Under the pieces are notes generated by a model. It ran no database searches. It was not told the DNA's origin and worked only from the letters and a program-made list of their open reading frames with translations. This document shows positions 54,512-64,000 of a stretch of 64,000 nt of DNA, piece after piece. A program made the position numbers and the translations under genes. Location of the stretch: the NCBI GenBank assembly GCA_964016885.1, contig OZ024741.1, positions 259,346,001 through 259,410,000 of the forward strand. Direction: 5' to 3'. The stretch's first letter is position 1. The number at the start of each line of letters is the position of its first letter. Source of the stretch: Eledone cirrhosa. Taxonomy: Eukaryota.

Positions 54512-57500
54512 CGTAAGTCGAAACACTCGTAAGCCGAAACACTCGTGAGCCGAAACACTCGTAAGTCGGAACACTCGTAAGTCAGAACACTCGTAAGTCA
54601 GAACACTCGTAAGTTAGAACACTCGTAAGTCAGAACACTCGTAAGTCAGAACACTCGTAAGTCGAAACACTCGTATCGAAACACTCGTATGTCAAAACAC
54701 CCGTAAGTCAAAACACTCGTAAGTCGAAACACTCGTAAGTCGAAACACTCGTAAGCCGAAACACTCGTAAGCCGAAACACTCGTAAGTCGGAACACTCGT
54801 AAGTCAGAACACTCATAAGTCAGAACACTCGTAAGTCAGAACACTCGTAAGTCGAAACACTCGTAAGCCGAAACACCGTAAGTCGAAACACCCGTATGTC
54901 GAAACACTCGTAAGCCGAAACACTCTTAAGTCGAAACACTCATAAGCCGAAACACTCGTAAGTCGGAACACTCGTAAATCAGAACACCCGCAAGTCAGAA
55001 CACTCGTAAATCAGAACACTCTTAAGTCGAAACTTACGTACGCCGAAACAATCGTAAGTCGAAACACTCGTAAGTCGAAACATCCTTAAGTCGAAACACT
55101 CGTACACCGAAACACTCGTAAGTATAAACATTAGTAAGTCGAAACACTCGTATGTCGAAACACTCGTAAACCGAAACACTCGTAAGTCGGAACACTCGTA
55201 AGTCAGAACACTCGTAAGTCAGAACACTCGTAAGTCGAAACACTCATAAGTCGAAACACCCGTAAGTCGAAACACTCGTATGTCGAATAACTCGTAAGCC
55301 GAAACACCGTAAGTCAAAACACTCGTAAGTAGAAACACTCGTAAGTCGAAACACCCATAAGCCGAAACACTCGTAAGCCAAAACATTCGTAAGTCGAAAC
55401 ACTCGTAAACCGAAACACTCGTAAGCCAAAACATTCGTATGTCGAAACACTCGTAAGTCGAAACACCCATAGCCGAAACACTTGTAAGTCTGAACACACG
55501 TAAGTCAGAACACCCGTAAGTCAGAACACTCGTAAGTCAGAACACTCGTAAGTCAGAACACTCGTAAGTCAGAACACTCGTAAGTCAGAGCACTCGTATC
55601 GAAACACTCGTATGTCAAAACACCCGTAAGTCAAAACACTCGTAAGTCGAAACACTCGTAAGCCGAAACACCGTAAGCCAAAACACTCGTAAGTCGAAAC
55701 ACCCCTAAGTCGGAACACTCGTAAGTCGAAACACTCGTAAGTCGAAACACTCGTAAGCCGAAACACTCGTAAGCCGAAACACTCGTAAGTCGGAACACTC
55801 GTAAGTCGGAACACTCGTAAGTCAGAACACTCGTAAGTCAGAACACTCGTAAGTCAGAACACTCGTAAGTCAGAACACTCGTAAGTCGAAACACTCGTAT
55901 CGAAACACTCGTATGTCAAAACACCCGTAAGTCAAAACACTCGTAAGTCGAAACACTCGTAAGTCGAAACATTCGTAAGTCGAAACATCCGTAAATCAGA
56001 ACACTCTTAAGTCGAAACACTCGTAAGTCGAAACACTCGTAAGCCGAAACACTCGTAAGTCGAAGCACTCGTATCGAAACACTCGTAAGTCGAAACACCC
56101 TTAAGTCAAAACACTCGTAAGCCAAAACACTCGTAAGTCGAAACACTCGTAAGTCGGAACACTCGTAAGTCAGAACACTCGTAAGTCAGAACACTCGTAA
56201 GTGGAAACACGCGTAAGTCGAAACACTCATAAGTCGAAACACTCGTATGTCGAATAACTCGTAAGCCGAAACACCGTAAGTCAAAACACTCGTAAGTCGA
56301 AACACTCGTAAGTCGAAACACCCATAAGCCGAAACACTCGTAAGCCAAAACATTCGTAAGTCGAAACACTCGTAAACCGAAACACTCGTAAGCCAAAACA
56401 TTCGTATGTCGAAACACTCGTAAGTCGAAACACCCATAGCCGAAACACTCGTAAGTCTGAACACACGTAAGTCAGAACAGCCGTAAGTCAGAACACTCGT
56501 AAGTCAGAACACTCGTAAGTCAGAACACTCGTAAGTCAGAGCACTCGTATCGAAACACTCGTATGTCAAAACACCCGTAAGTCAAAACACTCGTAAGTCG
56601 AAACACTCGTAAGTCGAAACACTCGTATGTCGAAACATCCGTAAATCAGAACACTCGTAAGTCGAAACACTCGTAAGTCGAAACACTCGTAAGCCGAAAC
56701 ACTCGTAAGTCGAAGCACTCGTATCGAAACACTCGTAAGTCGAAACACCCTTAAGTCAAAACACTCGTAAGCCAAAACACTCGTAAGTCGAAACACTCGT
56801 AAGTCGGAACACTCGTAAGTCAGAACACTCGTAAGTCAGAACACTCGTAAGTGGAAACACGCGTAAGTCGAAAGACCCGTAAGTCAAAAATCTCGTAAGT
56901 CAAAACACTCGTAAGCCGAAACACTCGTAAGTCGAAACACTCGTAAGTCGAAACACCCGTAAGTCGGAACACTCGTAAGTCAGAATACTCGTAAGTCAAA
57001 ACACTCGTAAACCGGAACACCCGTAAGGCAAAACATTCGCATGTCAAAACACTCGTAAGTCGAAACACTCGTAAGCCGAAACACTCGTAAGTCGAAACAC
57101 TCGTAAGTCGAAACACTCGTAAGTCGAAACACTCGTAAGTCAGTGCACCCGTAAGTCAGAACACTCGTAGTCAGAATACTCGTAAGTCGAAACACTCGTA
57201 TGTCGAAACACCCGTAAGTCGAAACATCCGTAAGTCAAAACACTCGTATGTCGAAACACTCGTAAGCCGAAACACTCATAAGTCGAAACACTCGTAAGCC
57301 GAAACACCCGTAAGTCAAAACATTCGTAAGTCAAAACACTCGTAAGTCGAAACACCCGTAAGTCAAAACACTCGTATGTCGAAACACTCGTAAGCCGAAA
57401 CAACGTAAGTAAAAACACTCGTAAGTCGAAACACCCATAAGTCGAAACACTCGTAAGCCGAAACACTCGTAAGTCGAAACACTCATAAGCCGAAACACTC

Positions 57501-59440
57501 GTAAGTCGGAACACTCGTAAATCAGAACACCCGCAAGTCAGAACACTCGTAAATCAGAACACTCTTAAGTCGAAACTCACGTACGCTGAAACACTCGTAA
57601 GTCGAAACACTCGTAAGTCGAAACATCCTTAAGTCGAAACACTCGTACACCGAAACACTCGTAAGTATAAACATTAGTAAGTCGAAACACTCGAAAGCCG
57701 AAACACTCGTAAGTCGAAACACCCGTAAATCGAAACACCCGTAAGTCAAAACACTCGTATGTCGAAACACTCGTAAACCGAAACACTCGTAAGTCGGAAC
57801 ACTCGTAAGTCAGAACACTCGTAAGTCAGAACACTCGTAAGTCGAAACACTCATAAGTCGAAACACTCGTAAGTCGAAACACCCGTAAGTCGAAACCCCC
57901 GTAAGTCGAAACACTCGTATGTCGAATAACTCGTAAGCTGAAACACCGTAAGTCAAAACACTCGTAAGTCAAAACACTCGTAAGTCGAAACACCCATAAG
58001 CCGAAACACTCGTAAGCCAAAACATTCGTAAGTCGAAACACTCGTAAACCGAAACACTCGTAAGCCAAAACATTCGTAAGTCGAAACACTCGTAAGTCGA
58101 AACACCCATAGCCGAAACACTCGTAAGTCGGAACACACGTAAGTCAGAACACCCGTAAGTCAGAACACTCGTAAGTCAGAACACTCGTAAGTCAGAGCAC
58201 TCGTATCGAAACACTCGTATGTCAAAATACCCGTAAGTCAAAACACTCGTAAGTCGAAACACTCGTAAGCCGAAACACCGTAAGCCAAAACACTCGTAAG
58301 TCGAAACACCCGTAAGTCGGAACACTCGTAAGTCGAAACACTCGTAAGTCGAAACACTCGTAAGCCGAAACACTCGTAAGCCGAAACACTCGTAAGTCGG
58401 AACACTCGTAAGTCGGAACACTCGTAAGTCAGAACACTCGTAAGTCAGAACACTCGTAAGTCAGAACACTCGTAAGTCAGAATACTCGTAAGTCGAAACA
58501 CCCGTAAGTCGAAACACCCGTAAGTCGAAACACTCGTATGTCGAATAACTCGTAAGCCGAAACACCGTAAGTCAAAACACTCGTAAGTCGAAACACTCGT
58601 AAGTCGAAACACCCATAAGCCGAAACACTCGTAAGCCAAAACATTCGTAAGTCGAAACACTCGTAAACCGAAACACTCGTAAGCCAAAACATTCGTAAGT
58701 CGAAACACTCGTAAGTCGAAACACCCATAGCCGAAACACTTGTAAGTCTGAACACACGTAAGTCAGAACACCCGTAAGTCAGAACACTCGTAAGTCAGAA
58801 CACTCGTAAGTCAGAACACTCGTAAGTCAGAGCACTCGTATCGAAACACTCGTATGTCAAAACACCCGTAAGTCAAAACACTCGTAAGTCGAAACACTCG
58901 TAAGCCGAAACACCGTAAGCCAAAACACTCGTAAGTCGAAACACCCGTAAGTCGGAACACTCGTAAGTCGAAACACTCGTAAGTCGAAACACTCGTAAGC
59001 CGAAACACTCGTAAGCCGAAACACTCGTAAGTCGGAACACTCGTAAGTCGGAACACTCGTAAGTCAGAACACTCGTAAGTCAGAACACTCGTAAGTCAGA
59101 ACACTCGTAAGTCGAAACACTCGTATCGAAACACTCGTATGTCAAAACACCAGTAAGTCGAAACACTCGTATCGAAACACTCGTATGTCAAAACACCAGT
59201 AAGTCAAAACACTCGTAAGTCGAAACACTCGTAAGCCGAAACACCGTAAGTCGAAACACCCGTATGTCGAAACACTCGTAAGCCGAAACACTCGTAAGTC
59301 GAAACACTCGTAGTCGAAACACTCGTAAGTCGAAACACCCGTAAGTCGAAACACTCGTAAGTCGAAACACTCGTAAGCCGAAACACTCGTAAGTCGAAAC
59401 ACTCATAAGCCGAAACACTCGTAAGTCGAAACATTCGTAA

Positions 59441-59518
59441 AGCGAAACGTATAAATAAAGATTAATGTAATCAACTTGAAAAGCATAGATATTTGAAACC
59501 GCGTCTATTTGTTATTTT
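59441..59518 (+). repeat. 78-bp AT-rich spacer, subtype B (CAACTT)
   Basis: aatcaacttg variant; 30049 bp after 29392 copy. Confidence 0.95.
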
Positions 59519-60524
59519 CGTAAGTCGAAACACTCGTAAGTCAGAACACTCGTAAGTCAGAACACTCTTAAGTCAGAACACTCGTATCGAAACACGTATG
59601 TCAAAACACCCGTAAGTCAAAACACCCGTAAGCCGAAACCCTCGTAGGTCGGAACACTCGTAAGTCGAAACACTCGTAAGTCGAAACACCCGTAAGTCGA
59701 AACACTCGTAAGTCGAAACACCCGTAAGTCGAAACATCCGTAAGTCAAAACACTCGTATGTCGAAACACTCGTAAGCCGAAACACTCGTAAGTCGGAACA
59801 CTCGCAAGTCAGAACACTCGTAAGTCAGAACACTCGTAAGTCGAAACACTCGTAAGTCGAAACACCCGTAAGTCGAAACGCCCGTAAGTCAAAACACTCG
59901 TATGTCGAAACACTCGCAAGCCGAAAAACCGTAAGTCAGAACACTCGTAAGTCGAAACACTCGTAAATCGAAACACTCGTAAGCCGAAACACTCGTAAGC
60001 GAAAACATTCGTTAGTCGAAACACTCGTAACCCGAAACACTCGTAAGTCGAAACACTCGAAAGCCGAAACACTCGTAAGTCGAAACACTCATAAGCCGAA
60101 ACACTCGTAAGTCGGAACACTCGTAAGTCAGAACACCCGTAAATCAGAACACTCGTAGTCAGAACACTCGTAAGTCGAAACACTCGTAAGCCGAAACACT
60201 CGCAAGTCGAAGCACTCGTAATCCGAAACACTCTTAAGTCGAAACACTCGTAAGTCGGAACACTCGTAAGTCAGAACACTCGTAAGTCAGAACACTCGTA
60301 AGTCGAAACACTCGTAAGCCGAAACATCCGTAAGTCAAAACATCCGTAAGTCAAAACATTCGTAAGTCGAAACACCCGTAGTCGAAACACTCGCAAGTCG
60401 AAACACTCGTAAGTCGAAACACGCGTAAGTCGAAACACATGTAAGTCAAAACACTCGTAAGTCAAAACACTCGTAAGCCGAAACACTCGTAAGTCGAAAC
60501 ACTCGTAAGTCGAAACACTCGTAA

Positions 60525-60602
60525 AGCGAAACGTATAAATAAATATTAATGTAATGAATTTGAAAAGCATAGAGATTTGAAACCGCGTCTATTTGTTATT
60601 TT
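60525..60602 (+). repeat. 78-bp AT-rich spacer, subtype A (AATATT)
   Basis: GAATTT. Confidence 0.95.
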
Positions 60603-61401
60603 CGTAAGTCGAAACACTCGTAAGCCGAAACACTCGTGAGCCGAAACACTCGTAAGTCGGAACACTCGTAAGTCAGAACACTCGTAAGTCAGAACACTCG
60701 TAAGTTAGAACACTCGTAAGTCAGAACACTCGTAAGTCAGAACACTCGTAAGTCGAAACACTCGTATCGAAACACTCGTATGTCAAAACACCCGTAAGTC
60801 AAAACACTCGTAAGTCGAAACACTCGTAAGTCGAAACACTCGTAAGCCGAAACACTCGTAAGCCGAAACACTCGTAAGTCGGAACACTCGTAAGTCGGAA
60901 CACTCGTAAGTCAGAACACTCGTAAGTCAGAACACTCGTAAGTCAGAACACTCGTAAGTCAGAACACTCGTAAGTCGAAACACTCGTATCGAAACACTCG
61001 TATGTCAAAACACCCGTAAGTCAAAACACTCGTAAGTCGAAACACTCGTAAGTCGAAACACTCGTATGTCGAAACATCCGTAAATCAGAACACTCGTAAG
61101 TCGAAACACTCGTAAGTCGAAACACTCGTAAGCCGAAACACTCGTAAGTCGAAGCACTCGTATCGAAACACTCGTAAGTCGAAACACCCTTAAGTCAAAA
61201 CACTCGTAAGCCAAAACACTCGTAAGTCGAAACACTCGTAAGTCGGAACACTTGTAAGTCAGAACACTCGTAAGTCAGAACACTCGTAAGTGGAAACACG
61301 CGTAAGTCGAAAGACCCGTAAGTCAAAAATCTCGTAAGTCAAAACACTCGTAAGCCGAAACACTCGTAAGTCGAAACACTCGTAAGTCGAAACATTCGTA
61401 A

Positions 61402-61479
61402 AGCGAAACGTATAAATAAAGATTAATGTAATGAACTTGAAAAGCATAGATATTTGAAACCGCGTCTATTTGTTATTTT
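61402..61479 (+). repeat. 78-bp AT-rich spacer, subtype B
   Basis: GAACTT/GATATTT. Confidence 0.95.
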
Positions 61480-62582
61480 CGTAAGTCGAAACACTCGTAA
61501 GTCAGAACACTCGTAAGTCAGAACACTCGTATCGAAACACGTATGTCAAAACACCCGTAAGTCAAAACACTCGTAAGTCGAAACACTCGTAAGTCGAAAC
61601 ACTCGTAAGCCGAAACAATCGTAAGTCAAAACACTCGTAAGTCGAAACACTCGTAAGCCGAAAATACTCGTAAGTCGGAACACCCGTAAGCCGAAACCCT
61701 CGTAGGTCGGAACACTCGTAAGTCGAAACACTCTTAAGTCGAAACACCCGTAAGTCGAAACACTCGTAAGTCGAAACACCCGTAAGTCGAAACATCCGTA
61801 AGTCAAAACACTCGTATGTCGAAACACTCGTAAGCCGAAACACTCGTAAGTCGGAACACTCGCAAGTCAGAACACTCGTAAGTCAGAACACTCGTAAGTC
61901 GAAACACTCGTAAGTCGAAACACCCGTAAGTCGAAACGCCCGTAAGTCAAAACACTCGTATGTCGAAACACTCGCAAGCCGAAAAACCGTAAGTCAAAAC
62001 ACTCGTAAGTCGAAACACTCGTAAATCGAAACACTCGTAAGCCGAAACACTCGTAAGCGAAAACATTCGTTAGTCGAAACACTCGTAACCCGAAACACTC
62101 GTAAGTCGAAACACTCGAAAGCCGAAACACTCGTAAGTCGAAACACTCATAAGCCGAAACACTCGTAAGTCGGAACACTCGTAAGTCAGAACACCCGTAA
62201 ATCAGAACACTCGTAGTCAGAACACTCGTAAGTCGAAACACTCGTAAGCCGAAACACTCGCAAGTCGAAGCACTCGTTATCCGAAACACTCTTAAGTCGA
62301 AACACTCGTAAGTCGGAACACTCGTAAGTCAGAACACTCGTAAGTCAGAACACTCGTAAGTCGAAACACTCGTAAGCCGAAACATCCGTAAGTCAAAACA
62401 TCCGTAAGTCAAAACATTCGTAAGTCGAAACACCCGTAGTCGAAACACTCGCAAGTCGAAACACTCGTAAGTCGAAACACGCGTAAGTCGAAACACATGT
62501 AAGTCAAAACACTCGTAAGTCAAAACACTCGTAAGCCGAAACACTCGTAAGTCGAAACACTCGTAAGTCGAAACACTCGTAA

Positions 62583-62660
62583 AGCGAAACGTATCAATAA
62601 AGATTAATGTAATGAATTTGAAAAGCATAGAGATTTGAAACCGCGTCTATTTGTTATTTT
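62583..62660 (+). repeat. 78-bp AT-rich spacer, subtype A (GTATCAAT)
   Basis: GAATTT with gtatcaataaag. Confidence 0.95.
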
Positions 62661-63268
62661 CGTAAGTCGAAACACTCGTAAGCCGAAACACTCGTGAGCC
62701 GAAACACTCGTAAGTCGGAACACTCGTAAGTCAGAACACTCGTAAGTCAGAACACTCGTAAGTTAGAACACTCGTAAGTCAGAACACTCGTAAGTCAGAA
62801 CACTCGTAAGTCGAAACACTCGTATCGAAACACTCGTATGTCAAAACACCCGTAAGTCAAAACACTCGTAAGTCGAAACACTCGTAAGTCGAAACACTCG
62901 TAAGCCGAAACACTCGAAAGCCGAAACACTCGTAAGTCGGAACACTCGTAAGTCGGAACACTCGTAAGTCAGAACACTCGTAAGTCAGAACACTCGTAAG
63001 TCAGAACACTCGTAAGTCAGAACACTCGTAAGTCGAAACACTCGTATCGAAACACTCGTATGTCAAAACACCCGTAAGTCAAAACATCCGTAAGTCAAAA
63101 CATTCGTAAGTCGAAACACCCGTAGTCGAAACACTCGCAAGTCGAAACACTCGTAAGTCGAAACACGCGTAAGTCGAAACACATGTAAGTCAAAACACTC
63201 GTAAGTCAAAACACTCGTAAGCCGAAACACTCGTAAGTCGAAACACTCGTAAGTCGAAACACTCGTAA

Positions 63269-63346
63269 AGCGAAACGTATCAATAAAGATTAATGTAATG
63301 AATTTGAAAAGCATAGAGATTTGAAACCGCGTCTATTTGTTATTTT
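63269..63346 (+). repeat. 78-bp AT-rich spacer, subtype A (GTATCAAT)
   Basis: 686 bp after previous copy. Confidence 0.95.
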
Positions 63347-64000
63347 CGTAAGTCGAAACACTCGTAAGCCGAAACACTCGTGAGCCGAAACACTCGTAAG
63401 TCGGAACACTCGTAAGTCAGAACACTCGTAAGTCAGAACACTCGTAAGTTAGAACACTCGTAAGTCAGAACACTCGTAAGTCAGAACACTCGTAAGTCGA
63501 AACACTCGTATCGAAACACTCGTATGTCAAAACACCCGTAAGTCAAAACACTCGTAAGTCGAAACACTCGTAAGTCGAAACACTCGTAAGCCGAAACACT
63601 CGAAAGCCGAAACACTCGTAAGTCGGAACACTCGTAAGTCGGAACACTCGTAAGTCAGAACACTCGTAAGTCAGAACACTCGTAAGTCAGAACACTCGTA
63701 AGTCAGAACACTCGTAAGTCGAAACACTCGTATCGAAACACTCGTATGTCAAAACACCCGTAAGTCAAAACACTCATAAGTCGAAACACTCGTAAGTCGA
63801 AACACTCGTATGTCGAAACATCCGTAAATCAGAACACTCGTAAGTCGAAACACTCGTAAGTCGAAACACTCGTAAGCCGAAACACTCGTAAGTCGAAGCA
63901 CTCGTATCGAAACACTCGTAAGTCGAAACACCCTTAAGTCAAAACACTCGTAAGCCAAAACACTCGTAAGTCGAAACACTCGTAAGTCGGAACACTCGTA

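Larger units (their letters stand above)
27200..54520 (+). repeat. Homogenised higher-order repeat domain (A+B unit ~2.06-2.07 kb, with derived 5739/7996-bp super-units)
   Basis: Spacer intervals recur exactly: A->B 877/893; B->A 1165/1181/1197/1213; A->A 686; B->B 1591. Confidence 0.88.
1..64000 (+). repeat. 16-bp satellite DNA tandem array (consensus TCGAAACACTCGTAAG), running off both window ends
   Basis: Monomer repeats continuously from base 1 to 64000 in a single orientation. Common variants are CCGAAA, TCAAAA, TCGGAA, TCAGAA, ACCCGT, ACATTCG, CTCATAAG and CGTATG, plus 14- and 15-bp deletion monomers. Confidence 0.99.
59424..64000 (+). repeat. Copy of block ~29375-33951 at 30049-bp offset
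   Basis: Five spacers and the ORF markers are all offset by exactly 30049; shared rare variants (CAACTT, ggaacacttgtaag, gcactcgttatccg, caaaacactcataag). Confidence 0.9.

Noticed and set aside
65-63979. Hundreds of minus-strand ORFs of 60-209 aa (RVFRLTSVSTYECFDL repeats)
   Set aside because: They are translations of the 16-bp monomer and overlap in all three frames. Most open at GTG/TTG within repeats, and they are broken by 14/15-bp monomers and TGA variants. There is no sign of frame conservation.
1-64000. CRISPR-like array (repeat plus spacer architecture)
   Set aside because: The interspersed segments are near-identical copies rather than unique spacers, the repeats are contiguous 16-mers, and there are no cas genes.
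1-64000. Telomerase-synthesised telomeric repeat (some yeasts use 16-bp units)
   Set aside because: There is no G-run-rich strand. Variants are inherited in kb-scale blocks, which indicates recombinational amplification rather than templated addition, and the array exceeds 64 kb.
1-64000. Pure sequencing or assembly artefact (concatemer)
   Set aside because: Rare variants recur in consistent nested blocks at several divergence levels, which is typical of real satellite evolution. Individual duplications could still be misassembled.
1-64000. Inversions, TE insertions, tRNA/rRNA fragments
   Set aside because: I saw no reverse-orientation monomers (CTTACGAGTG on the + strand) and no non-satellite sequence other than the 78-bp spacer.

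Overview
The whole 64 kb window is one head-to-tail satellite DNA array. It is built from a 16-bp monomer (consensus + strand TCGAAACACTCGTAAG; roughly 3,800 copies estimated from length), always in the same orientation. The only non-monomer sequence is a conserved ~78-bp AT-rich spacer (AGCGAAACGTATAAATAAAGATTAATGTAATGAATTTGAAAAGCATAGAGATTTGAAACCGCGTCTATTTGTTATTTT), which I counted 42 times in two subtypes: A (GAATTT, 23 copies) and B (GAACTT, 19 copies). Monomer variants occur in reproducible orders. They build nested higher-order structure: ~0.25-0.3 kb cassettes, a ~2.06-2.07 kb A+B unit, and block duplications at offsets of 686, 1149, 1494, 2100, 5739, 7996, 16736 and 30049 bp. The left ~27 kb is more mosaic and spacer-poor, and ~27-54.5 kb is more homogenised. 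I found no credible genes, RNA genes, transposase or CRISPR array. All listed ORFs are artefacts of the stop-free minus-strand monomer. A eukaryotic heterochromatic, centromeric or subtelomeric origin is inferred, but the organism and function cannot be determined from this window.
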